Shown: in pieces, positions 1-11,437 of the stretch | Numbering within the stretch: the first letter of the stretch is position 1 | Layout: each line of letters begins with the position of its first letter | DNA from: Perkinsus chesapeaki ATCC PRA-425 | Lineage: Eukaryota; Protista; Perkinsozoa | Length of the DNA: 52,084 nt | NCBI GenBank assembly: GCA_013115145.1 | Contig: JAAPAO010000214.1 | Span: 1 to 52,084 of the forward strand | Reading direction: 5' to 3' | Position numbers and translations under genes: made by a program | The notes under the pieces: generated by a model | Database searches by the model: none | What the model was told of the DNA's origin: nothing | The model's input: the letters and a program-made list of their open reading frames with translations, nothing else

Positions 1-594
1 GCTATATTAATTTGTTCTGGGCTTTAACTAATTTGGTCTTGGCTTTTACTAATCAGATCTTGAAATGGTGTAGAAACGATTTACCTCTCTTAATAGACGC
101 GATAATCCTCTTATTATAGAACTTTTAATAATGGCATTTAATCCATTGCTCATTCTCTATATCAACGACTACATCTTCGAGGGGATGCACGCAGTTCGCA
201 TTAGCGGAGATATCTCAAAGTTTTGTTTACGGGTTTAGATAAATTCGCTAGCAGTGAATTTGCCAGTGTGCTAGCAATTTATAATAATTATTTTCTATCT
301 CCTTTAAACGGCGATAAAGAAGGGGCGAGAAACTAACAGATAAAAGGAGTCCTTCTATACGCTAGTTCACCTCCACTTCTCTACCGCCTTAGGTAGGATC
401 CCCATCTCAACATGCTATCCTACCACGACTACACCAGCGCAGAGATGGTTCGCGCAATATGCACAAAAACTCCTAGTCTCCCGAATTTTTCCCGGAAATT
501 CATTTTTAGTTTTACAAACCCATATTTGGATTTATAAGCTCCTCTTTGTGACTCTACCAGTGACCATGTCCCATCTGCCCTCCACTAGCCTATT

Positions 595-3500
595 TCATTC
601 TATAAAGCTCATTCTGAATACCTTGGAATATTTCTTTCCAGCCAAATTGAATGTTCGTCTTTTCATATCAATTTCGTAGCCCATCTTCAAACCGTGCATA
701 ATCCTCCTCCGAGAAGCCTCTTGGTATCTTGAGCAATCGATCAAAATACTCATTCTGGTCGCACCTCAACCGACCACCCATCAAATGTTTCACCATCAAT
801 AATTATTTTTATTTCATCATTTTCTGTCAAGTGTTTCTGTGTCATCCCCCATCCTGGCAGGAAGTTTCTCCTTCGTCACTTACTAGATTGTTACGAGGAT
901 GAGTCACAGTAACACAGGAGTCGGTTTGTGAGGATCTCTCCATTGCAATTCGGGTATCTTCAGGGTTTCCTAACTCTTGCCGCACACACTCTCTCAAGAT
1001 CTACGATAGTGCATCTCTATTTGCAGCTTGCTTGTCATTGCTTGTGCAGCGCATTATCATTGTTCTATATTCTTAATGTGTTGAAATATATGATTGTATT
1101 GTTATATACATTTGCACCAAAATGCCAAACACTCCCCTTACCCTCCAAAAGGTGACATCCAAACTCCAAGCTTCACACCATGCTTCTCCTGTGCTCTCCT
1201 CGCAACCTCACTCAGGTCCCCCCTCGGAAATGCCTTCTTATTAACACCCCAAAGCGTGTCCCAATCATCCCATCCATCATCCAGCAACACACCGTCCAGT
1301 TTAACCTGAATGGACCCTAGTCGCTCATTATTCCTCTTGGCGCAATAGTATTTCAGCAAAGTATCCCCATGAGCTGCATTCATTCAATTTAACAAACACA
1401 TACGAACATTACATTGGAACCATCTACGAACATTACATTGGAGCCATCTACGAACATTACATTGGAACCATCTACGAACATTACATTGGAACCATCTACG
1501 AACATTACATTGGAAACATCTACGAACACTACATTGGAACCATATACGAACATTACATCACCAATCCTATATATTACTTATATTAACAACCACATAGAGT
1601 CAGAAGATTCATCCATTCTCTTCCTTAGCTGAGCTCCCGAAAATTATCCCACCGAATCGCCACAGGAGACATACTCTCTATGTGGTTGCAGTAATCAACG
1701 AAATTTATTAATCAGTAATCACCAGCCGTGGAGACACTGTAGGAAAATGCACACCTTCGTATGAGTATATAAGAATGTCACGTCACGTGACACACGTGTG
1801 TCTATGGCGAGCACACAAAATTTCCTGTCTACTTCCACCCTACCCCGTTCTTCTCCAAGGAAGTCGCAATGGCATCAATCCTCTGATTGATGTTGTCTTC
1901 CGTAAACTTTTTGGAGTACTCACAAAAAGGGTCCTTCCCTCCGACCTCGACCTCAATACAGGGCTTGTATCGTAGATCGTACCTTAAACGCGTTACCGAA
2001 CTTGTTTCATCACCAACAGCCACTCTGCACTAGACAGGAAATAAATAGCTTCTTTATGCATCGCCGAGAGCACAGGGATTCATCTCGTCCCACAGCCCGT
2101 TGAACGTCTTTCAACAGCAGGGCATCTTTTCGAAAGCTAGAACGGTTTAGTGTGAAGAACAATGTGTTTATCTTTTATAAAACATGTTCCAGAAAGAAGC
2201 GTTATGTGCGTTCCCTCTGGACAGGACATTCAATTGTTCCTCATCAACTTCTCAAGAATGTGTTGAAACATTAAAACCGCCGACAACCCCAAGATGTCCC
2301 TGCGCACCCGAGCGGAAACAGTAAAAGCTTTTCAACATAGGTCATTCGTCCTTTCTTGAGAATACAAAAAAAGACTGCAGTTTTCCTGGAAAATTGCCCA
2401 ATACCGTCTTAACCCCTTACACCGCTACAATTGACCAGTTTTTATTGTCTCCTCGCTGACACGAGCAAGAGCAGCTCCCAAGGCGCTCCAATTAGTATTC
2501 CGATGACACTAACATGAGCCTCACGTGAACCATCGACGAGGAATATAATCTCTGCAAGTTGCAGATACCACAGACAATTTCACACTGCAACCGTCCGTCC
2601 CCACGCCCACCATGTGTTATAATGTAACCAAGAATGGTAAGGTGCTGCTCGTATCATTTCAACATAATCAGCAAAGGTCTTGAATAATGACGAAGACCCC
2701 TTCCTAGGATCGAACCTGTGCGGGAAGCCCTACCAACCTTCAAGGCAAACGCGCTCTACTACTTGCCCACCGCAGCTGAATATCCAAAGTCCAATATTGG
2801 CCGCCTTATGAATCCTGCCACTCTCCCTGAACCTTCGTCAATCGTATTTTTGGCCCTAGGGTGCTCCAAACCACAGAATAGGGAACGCTCAGGAATGACA
2901 ACCTGCCAGCGCAAATGCGTTGAGGAAATGCAAGATTGCAAGATTTAGCTTCTTACTGGGCTGCCGTCCACAACACCGGTTTTATAAGGTTCATTGTCCT
3001 CGCTTCGTTTGCTGTCATCCAGAGGGATGTCCAGAAGGAGCAAAGACTTCAACTCCAAAGGGGCGTCAGAAATGATGCGAACCGCCACTCCTACAACAGC
3101 AAAATCGATCATTTGATCGATAACAAACATGAAATATCCTTCTAATTCCAGGAGCCTTTCCCACTTTCACGAGACGATCATCGGGCCAGCTGTGTTTACA
3201 AATCCCACAACAAATCCTAGAGTCCATCATTAAATCCCAACTGGTGACTCACTCGCAACTGGTGTCACCACCAAACTCTCCGTCCTTTCAATCGCTGTCA
3301 CCATGCCAGTCCACTTAACACTTAATGATACATCATTATCACAACGACACTCGAAATCGATCCGCAGTCTCTTTTTGTTCCACCCTCGACCCTCGAGCGT
3401 GAGGACCTCCTCTTCGCTATCTCCCTCACTGGCTCGACAAACTTCCGGGTATGCTTTACCTGCTCACAGGAAACCACTCAGTGAGTGCGTCCCTCGAGTA

Positions 3501-4319
3501 GCACGTATGTGACGGAAGATACGTTCCAACCCACAACCATGCATCACCAGCACCCAGGGACTTCACTGTCATCATGAGAGTGTCATCGCACAAGTTGTTC
3601 CTCGAGGATCGAAAAATTTTTCCTGAGCCGTCTGGGAATTCACATGGAGCATTTGACCCTAGCGCCAAGAGAGCCAACGAAGACATTCCTATTGCGAAGT
3701 ATGTTTCCTTACGACTCCCTGGATGACACTTCTTGTTCCTATCGGGTCATCCTCCTAACGGGATTCTCAATCACCACCCTCTGTGGGCCACAATCCTGAG
3801 AACTCCCGTTAAAGTAACCCATCACAGTGCGCAGAGTTTTTCTCAAAATGGCCTTCAAACCTTCCCTCGACGTTGTTTGTGTTTCACCACGAAGCCCTAC
3901 CATACACACACCACCGACCACTTCACAGCCGACAAGAGCCGACGGCGATTCCAGTTTGCCGGAGATCTCATCAGACTTTTCAGCAATGATCCCCACTTCC
4001 CGCCCTCCTTACACCCATCAGTTGTTTCAATGTAAAATAGTGTTCCCAAATCCACGGCATCATCTTCATCGCCATCAAACACCGCTCGAGCCTCGAATGC
4101 CTTCCCGTTCTCCAGCACTTCCAAACCCACGCGGTCTCCTTCAATTCGCATCTTTTCGCCGTCGGAAATCGATCGCCCGGGAGATCGAGGCAAAACGTTT
4201 ACCCCCAGTCTGAAGGCATCCTCCAGAGTACCCATGGGCACTCCTCGAAGCTCCTCTCTCTTCGGCAAGGCTATCACTACCAAGTAGATATACCTGAATG
4301 AGCCGACCTTCTGGAACAC
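595..4319 (-). CDS. Multi-exon glycoside hydrolase, alpha-galactosidase/GH36-like, resembling bacterial 'enterotoxin'-annotated proteins; both ends uncertain
   Basis: Exons join in frame to give GVVDGSPV, FCGLEHPRA, YSAAVGK|KGSSSLFKTFADYVEMIRAAPYHSWLHYNTW, GVLLDDGWDDWDTLW and GVWMSPFGG|YQEASRRRIMHGLKMGYE...FNLAGKKY. These match, from memory, the LHYNSW, DDGWD and SPxGGY motifs of bacterial GH36-like proteins. Confidence 0.7.
1401..1558 (+). repeat. 24-bp tandem minisatellite (TACGAACATTACATTGGAACCATC), about 6.5 copies, in an intron of the glycosidase gene
   Basis: Direct repeat read by eye with few substitutions and no spacers. Confidence 0.95.
2704..2762 (-). other. 59-nt intron composed of a tRNA-like fragment (D-loop to T-loop)
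   Basis: GTAGTAGAGCGCG...CACAGGTTCGATCCTAG. Removing it joins GGC AA|G AAG GGG in frame and bypasses a TAG stop. Confidence 0.7.
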
Positions 4320-4919
4320 CAGCAGTTATGATAAAATGCTCTTGATTTCTGCAGCAACTAAATGACCCCTTCACCTCGGAAAATGCTGTGGAAGTTTTCC
4401 CGCGGCTCAACTAGGTATAATTAAGTAGTAATATAAGTTCAGAAAATGTGAAGTGCAATCTCCGACATCCCACATAATGAAATTTGTCGAGGAGAATTAT
4501 TCTTCAAACTTCCAACCGAATATCTACCCTTTACCCGGTAACTCCACACAATGGCCGCCCGGTTCGATATAGCAGGAAAAGGTCAACATATTTTTCTCGA
4601 GAGCTCGACGCAACCAACTTATCGTCAGATATATTGCCTTGACTTAACTCTCAACTCGACAAGATCCTCTCCCACCGCTCCAGAGATCGAGAGCAATTGC
4701 TCAGAAACGCGACAACTTACCATACAACCGCACAGACTATCAGTCCACCAAACAAACGATTTCGGAACACTTTGTACCCTCGCAGCCGACCAGCCTCTCC
4801 ACTACTAACACCGCTCATACTGAACACACATGATCAAGTATTAAAAACACAACACCAACGCCACCAAGCAAGATACTTTACACTTTCAATGGCTAATTAA
4901 TTAACTAAATACAAACGGC

Positions 4920-5867
4920 CTAGATCCTAGCAGATGGCAATGGGGAGCGACCGTAACTCATAATCCGATTCGTCGGTGACACGTCACCGTTCATTGCACC
5001 TAAATCCGCCACCGGTCGAAGAGACTTGTCCGCGGGCAGGCCAAGAGGAGGCAAATTAAGCTGCGTTTGTATCACCACTTGACGGCCGATGACGGAGGTC
5101 TCATCGAAGTTGAACAAAGGATGGTCCACTATAGTATGGTCACAAATGCTCTTGATGAGCCGATACACTTGATAAAAACACCAACCCGCCGTGACGATAA
5201 TTAATGGGTCTAAAGTGAGCAGACCAATCAACGCGAAGAACAGGCCAAACACAATTGTCAAAAATACCAGAATTATGGCTGCATTACGAGCACTCCTACA
5301 CATACATCGAAAAATCACCTGAGCGGTCCAGGAGGAGCCGTCGAGTGGGTGAACCGGTACAATAAGATTGATAATAATAATCCACAAATTAAGCAGTGAT
5401 GCCCATAAACAAAGCCCTTGCCAATCAGTCAACCCCTCAGCCGTTTCATCTTCGTTCTCATTGAGCTCCCAATCTTTAAAGTCGGCCCCACCAGCCAGGA
5501 ACCAAATACCGAAGAGAAGGCCATTGACAATAGGACCGCTCATGGTAACCACAACCTTATTAACAAACGTCCTTTCATACCAAGACACCCCAAGGCCGCC
5601 CAGAGGCCAGAGGACCACTTCATCGGTGTGGCCGCCGACCAAACGTGCCGCTGCTACATGACCCATCTCGTGCAGGAAGACCGTCACCAGGATAATAGCC
5701 ACGCTGGCAAGACCGAAAACCGACATAAACAGGATGAGTTGAGCGATGATGTAGAAGGCCAATGTGGGATGGAGGCGTATCTTAGGTAGAATGCGGTTAC
5801 CCTTGTAAAGTGTAACAGTGAAGTCGCCGTCCTCTTCGATGGTAGCAGGCAGGCCGAGATTCGCCAT
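4920..5867 (-). CDS. Intronless M50-family (site-2 protease/SpoIVFB-like) membrane metalloprotease, 315 aa
   Basis: HEMGH (HExxH), VVLWPLGG, MSGPIVN and NLIVPVHPLDG motifs, plus multiple hydrophobic helices. Confidence 0.9.
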   Translation of the reverse strand: MANLGLPATIEEDGDFTVTLYKGNRILPKIRLHPTLAFYIIAQLILFMSVFGLASVAIILVTVFLHEMGHVAAARLVGGHTDEVVLWPLGGLGVSWYERTFVNKVVVTMSGPIVNGLLFGIWFLAGGADFKDWELNENEDETAEGLTDWQGLCLWASLLNLWIIIINLIVPVHPLDGSSWTAQVIFRCMCRSARNAAIILVFLTIVFGLFFALIGLLTLDPLIIVTAGWCFYQVYRLIKSICDHTIVDHPLFNFDETSVIGRQVVIQTQLNLPPLGLPADKSLRPVADLGAMNGDVSPTNRIMSYGRSPLPSARI

Positions 5868-6405
5868 GGAAGGAAATCAACTGGAATACAGAAGTTAATC
5901 TACCATCCACGCGCAACTGCCTTTTGAACAGCTCTATAGGCATCCCGAAGGGTACTCTTAACTGCATTTTGAATAACCAAATCGCTGCCGAGCCCCTACG
6001 GTTTCGAGATACTCCAAGGCGAGCGAGAAGGCGACCGTTGCCAGTTCTGCAAAGTATCAAGTATCCAATTCAGACAACAGACCAGATGACAGATGGCGTG
6101 AGAACCGTAATGAGCTGCAGTCCGCTCGAAAGCCATTGGACCTCAACCGGATAACATCGGCAAGAACAACAAGGAACAGTTACAGAATCAATACCAATGC
6201 CGGAGAATGCTTCAACGACGCAAAGTTACAGAAGGTGTGCAGAGGCTCCATTAATCCCGGACACAGAAGCGATGAAAACGAATTAATTAAACACAAAATC
6301 TAGTCAAATGACGTAAAAGGTCAATGAACTACTCTGGTAGAACAGTGTAAACCAAGGATCGAACTTGACCTTTTTCGTATCTTGGCAACTTCAACCTAAG
6401 ATACT

Positions 6406-9400
6406 CTATATGCCCAGCGTCTTGTATACCGGCTCGTTCATCAAAGCATCATAACTATTGCTCTTGTGTTTTGGTACAAAAGTGAATCCTTCCGGCGCCG
6501 GACATATCAACAACTCCGACAGACGTATCCAGTCCTCAGAGTTGCTGCTAGCCATCAGGGTCTCGAGATCGTCTCGTCCCCTGAACCTTGGCGGTCTCCA
6601 CCCGATCTGCATGGGTCTCGCTTCTTCCATCAAACCAAGCGGAATGTAGCGGTGCATAAAGCTCAAAGCTTCCAGCAGGAATCGCCGAGTGCTCTCGACG
6701 CCTCTACTGTCCGTTCCCCAATGTGTCAGCCCATACGATACAAAACGTTTAAGCAGCTCGAAGCGTTCGGAGCTGGAAATGTCCCAATCTCGATGCTCCT
6801 TGATCTCCGTGAAGATCCAAGGCTTTATCAGCGCGCCTCGGCCAATCATCACGCCGTTCACGCCTGGAGTCTGAGGAAAGACGTGGAAAATGCGGAGCTG
6901 TCGACCCACCTGCAATCTCTCTACGGCTTCTTTCCAACTGATAATGTCACCACAACCGACCAACGGCACTTTATTATCTGATCAGAATCAAATACATGTT
7001 CTAACTACTATAGTCTTATACTTATCACTTTTACTGTATTAATACAGCAAAAGTTATATTAACTGTTATAGTTGTATTAATAATATATAATTGATATCGG
7101 CAATGAGGTAACTACCTAGTAGTTATTCGAGCTCTCTCGGCCAAGCTCGAAAAAGTATCAAGATTTCATGTTTCAGCGAATCAATTTTCATTTCATTTGA
7201 AATTAGTTTGAGATCCCACACATTCCTCCTTAGTTCTAGCTTTTCTACAATCGTCGGCGAACACTACTAAAATCCCCAGAGTCAACAAAAATCTTCACGA
7301 ACGCTCAGGCGAACAATATATGAGTCTTCTTTCCTCAACTCCTATAATCGATCCTTCTTAAAAATAGATGAAAGTGGTGATATTTAGACAGATGATATTT
7401 CTTCGAAATATCCTTCTTACTCGACATGAAAATGTACCGTATTTTTCGTAGCTTATTTCAAATACGCCCTCTAATCTAGGAAGAGATGTAGAGGTCTGCC
7501 GAAATGTTATAGTATCACCGATGTCTAGCCAAACGGACGTATTTCTACAACGGAGTCCAGCTCACCTGGAACGGCATCATCCATAGCCGAGCGACACTTG
7601 GTATGGAAGCTCCAGTCAGCCGGCTTGCTATATCGTTGCTGTGAAGTTCGACCGTGAAGCACCACACCGTCAGCTCCAAACTTAACAGCACGAGCGGCAA
7701 CCTAAGTGCACTCGGGTTCGATTCCCAGTTACGGCATTCTCCACCTCACCTTATCGCATATATGATTTTGTCTAAAATGAGCTGTTCGAAGCTTCACTGT
7801 CAGATTTTTATCATAAGCATGACATATCTGCGAGTCGCGACACAAAAAATCTGCACGCATGCGCACGTCCTCTGTCCCCTACTTGTGACATTGAACCTAT
7901 GACACCTTCTGCCTTGCCCATTCGAGCCATCAGAGCCGATCCGGCGCCCTAAAGCCAAGATTCCCACAGTAGGACTCGCCGACCCATACCTTCTTGTGCA
8001 ATCCTTCCAACGGGCATGCCATGTTGATGTCCAGGAAATCAAAGTCGTCCATTTCACGACAGAGCATCTCCGCGCACCGGCTCATCATATCCGGGAAGCC
8101 ACCAGCTATCTGAAAAAATACTTCTTTCGAAGAGAATCGTTTCGCAAGGCAAATTTACATAAAGAAATTGTAAGTAATTAAAATGAACCATCGTAAAGTA
8201 GGTGTCCAAGGGATAATGGGGAAGAGTACGGAGATCGAAATGCGGGTTGCCGAACACTTAAATGGAGACGTTCTTGCGAAGTCACGTAACCAACAAAACT
8301 ATTCCCCTAGCCGCTCGTCCTCGACTGGACATGAGAACCCCAAGTTCAGCGGGAAAGTCGGTATGACAGTGACGCACCTGTATTCCGAATATCTTTTCAT
8401 CAGGATGCTTCTTAAGCAAAGCATGCTCGGCACGATTCCCTTTCAGCAACGACTCTGCCAATGCCATCTCCGATACAGTTATCTGAAAAATGTCCCATCC
8501 GGGATTCGAACCCGCGCGGTCTTACTTCGCATCCAAGGCTCACACACAAGCGTCTGAATGGCAAATTGCCTACCGTTGTGAGCGGTGCTAGCATCGGTGG
8601 ACGGCCTGGACAAAATACACATCCGACCTTTACATTCTCAAAAACCAGTCCACACTTTAATGAAACGGGCCCCAAAGCAGTGCGCTCCTTGGAATTCAGA
8701 ATGTGTTCCTAGAAACTTGAATTTTCCTTTTCGTAATTTTTCCTGAATCCCAGATGTCAAAGTGCGCAGAAGTAAGTAAACATTCACAATATTCATTTAA
8801 CCTTCACCTTTTGGCACACTTTCATTTTTTTCTTTAATGGAGGCCCGAAAATAATGGGTTGAGAAGTTGAATAAAAAGTTATAAAAAATTATATGAAGCA
8901 AAATTTTCCCATAACATTTCCCATAAGCTTTCTCACCTTCGATCAGCTTCGAAAACGGTACTCTTTCTTTAACTCCTGGTCCAACGGGCCCGATGCGCTC
9001 AACAGGCTTCTTATTCAGAGCGGCTTTCGAGCCTGGAAATGAGTATCTGATAGACGGGTTGAATGATACCGAAAAAGAAGGTTAAGTTCCTTACTTCTTC
9101 CCCCTTAGTTCGAGCCTAAGCTCATTGGTTGTCGAATTAAGTGCTAAAGAATCCAATGCCTCGCCTGGGCCACCTTGCGCCACTTCTATTTTTGCACCGT
9201 CTTCTTCATTAGTATTAATATTAACGGGCAAACCATCATCAGTAACTGAAACGGCAAAAGAGGAAATTATATAAAGGAAAGAGGAAATTATATGAAGGAA
9301 AGATGAAATTATATAAAGGAAAGAGGAAATTATATAAAGGAAAGAGGAAATTATATAAAGGAAAGAGGAAATTATATAAAGGAAAGAGGAAATTATATAA

Positions 9401-10376
9401 AGGAAAGAGGAAATTATATAAAGGAAAGAGGAAATTATATAAAGGAAAGAGGAAATTATATAAAGGAAAGAGGAAATTATATANNNNNNNNNNNNNNNNN
9501 NNNNNNNNNNNNNNNNNNNNNNNNNNNNNNNNNNNNNNNNNNNNNNNNNNNNNNNNNNNNNNNNNNNNNNNNNNNNNNNNNNGAAATTATATAAAGGAAA
9601 GAGGAAATTATATAAAGGAAAGATGAAATTATATAAAGGAAAGAGGAAATTATATGAGGGAGGGTTTCCGATATAATATATTGTAGAATTGTCATAAACT
9701 CTCAGAAAGTGTCGCAAACAACAACAAGTGGCGATGAATGCAACTTACCCTACAAAGTATCATGCTAAACTCTCACCTTTCGTATGACTGGTAGGCATCC
9801 TACAGTTCAAGCCAAAAGGACAACACCCATCAAGAAGCTTCGGGAAGGGGCAGTCACCGGGGAGATCAACCGGCCTCTGAGAAACGAACTTTTCAACTGT
9901 TGAATCCAACCAGGTCTTTTTCCGAGCGCTCAGTGACAAGGCAGAGACTTTAAATTCGTATATCGCCATATTCACTACGGCGAAAATACAAATTTGGAAT
10001 ATTCGACCTCACTAAGGTTCCCGCTGTTCTCCCCATGGCTCACCTCCATCCAATACTTCCTAGCATCATGATTGAATTTGCAACTATCGCCAAAAACACA
10101 CGTTCCTCCGCGCGCCACAACCGTGCAAAGTTGCTGGTCGTTGTTAATAACGTTTAAATTGGTCTTCCTATCAATTGTCTTGTTCTGACCGTGCGTTCTT
10201 TTCCGCTTCGTGCCTCGATCTTCTTCGTCGCTCTCCCCCTCGGATGACTCTACAGGTTGTTGCTTTTCAACAGGTGTCTCTTGTATAAGATATTCTCTCT
10301 TAATCGGAGCTTCATGCCGAGCTATCGCGTCCGCCACCCAATCAGTGGAAGCTAAAACCGTCGAGGTTGAGACCAT
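6406..10376 (-). CDS. DUS3: tRNA-dihydrouridine synthase 3-like with N-terminal CCCH zinc fingers (multi-exon)
   Basis: CTVVARGGTCVFGDSCKFNH, CPFGLNCRMPTSH, LAPLTTVGNLPFRRLC, SEMALAESLLKG, DFLDINMACP (catalytic Cys), LHGRTSQQRYSKPADW, and a C-terminal exon with MIGRGALIKPWIFTEIK...FVPKHKSNSY. Confidence 0.95.
7681..7749 (+). other. tRNA 3'-half-like element (tRNA-His-like end) occupying most of a 69-nt DUS3 intron, antisense to the gene
   Basis: Plus strand reads GGCAACC...CTCGGGTTCGATTCCCAGTTACGGCA. The intron GTGAG...TTAAG lies between exons HICDK and FGADGVVLHGR. Confidence 0.65.
8483..8525 (-). other. 43-nt DUS3 intron composed of tRNA T-arm, 3' acceptor-like strand and T-tract
   Basis: GTAAGACCGCGCGGGTTCGAATCCCGGATGGGACATTTTTCAG lies between LGCE and ITVSEMAL (phase 0). 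Confidence 0.8.
9257..9655 (+). repeat. 21-bp tandem minisatellite (AAAGAGGAAATTATATAAAGG), at least about 14 copies, spanning an N gap at 9484-9582; intronic in DUS3
   Basis: Near-perfect direct repeats on both sides of the assembly gap. Confidence 0.95.
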
Positions 10377-10758
10377 CAGATGACTTAGGAACTGCAGATG
10401 GCATCCGTAAGGTAATACGAAATTAGCCTCCCCGAAACGCCGCGGAGCTCCAGAGACAATTTCTTGACAAAGAAGTCTTGGTAAAGTACTATTGAATAAT
10501 TACATAATTACACTTTCCGAAAACAGGAACTAGCCTCACGAAAATCTGCTGAAATATTAAAGGCATTTTAGTAAGAAGTATTTTCCTATCGAAAGATACA
10601 GTATTCCCTCTTCAGTCAACAAGATACCGATGGTATGATATATAACAATCGAAAGATACCATTTCAAACACCATAATTCTGCGGCATTTCCGACATGCAA
10701 CAACCAGGGCCAGCTTTGCCACTTCATAGACTTCACGAAGTAATATAATGGTATTGAA

Positions 10759-10893
10759 TGCAACTATATTACACTGTAAAACCGTTTCATAACGAAGAGT
10801 TAACGTCACTTTTTTACACTGTAAAACCGTTTCATTATAAAGAGTTAATGCAACTATATTACAGTGTGAATCTGTTGCATAATGAAGAGCTAT
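10759..10893 (+). repeat. Degenerate 45-bp tandem repeat, 3 copies
   Basis: TTACACTGTAAAACCGTTTCAT...AAGAGTTAA recurs at 45-bp spacing. Confidence 0.8.
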
Positions 10894-11133
10894 GCGTAAA
10901 GGACCCCTTCATTGAGCGCATCCAATACAAACGGATATTTCAACACTTCAACTCAACAGACATAAATCGCACAATTAACATCGACAACGGGACATGACCC
11001 TCATGAGCCTAAATTGCTCATTCTGGAGAAAACAGATTGAAATCGAAGGCGACCAGTTCTATCATCATAAGTATATGAACCAGTACCTTGCGGAACCTGA
11101 TAAATATTCTTCAATATCTCCGCAATGCGAGAG

Positions 11134-11436
11134 AAATCTTAGCAATCTTCGCAGTGCGCCAAGAATCTTTGAAATCTCCGCAGTGCGCCAACAATCTTTG
11201 AAATCTTCGTAGTGCGCTAAGAATCTTTGCAATCTTTACAACGCGCTAAGGAGCACCCTTCAAATCCTCACAGTGCACCCAAGAGTATCCTTAAAATCTC
11301 CCCAGTCCGCTCGAGAGTATCTTTAAAATCTCTCCAGTGCGCTCGAGAGTATCTTTAAAATCTCCCCAGTGCGCTCGAGAGTATCTTTAAAATCTTTACA
11401 GTGCGCTCATAGGTATCTTATAATCCTCACAGTGCG
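11134..11436 (+). repeat. Degenerate minisatellite of about 10 units, period 29 bp shifting to 32 bp (core AAATCT..CAGTGCGC)
   Basis: CAGTGCGC cores at 11152, 11181 and 11210; GAGAGTATC at 11313, 11345 and 11377. Confidence 0.85.
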
Positions 11437-11437
11437 T

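Noticed and set aside
1401-1558. CRISPR-like appearance and 72-aa ORF (EPSTNITL repeats)
   Set aside because: Head-to-tail repeats without unique spacers, no cas genes, eukaryotic intron context. The ORF is a by-product of the 24-bp period.
4561-4570. GGTTCGATAT as a B-box element
   Set aside because: Partial match with no stem, A-box or T-tract; compatible with chance.
9484-9582. Run of N
   Set aside because: Assembly gap inside a tandem repeat, not biological.
9091-9717. Long ORFs with ISSFLYI / KLYKGKR repeats
   Set aside because: Translation of the 21-bp minisatellite across an N gap. Only about 9091-9250 is a real DUS3 exon.
6406-10376. Idea that tRNA-like introns in DUS3, a tRNA-modifying enzyme, form an autoregulatory loop
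   Set aside because: The same kind of intron occurs in unrelated genes (NAA15, glycosidase, LENG8-like), so there is no specificity for DUS3.
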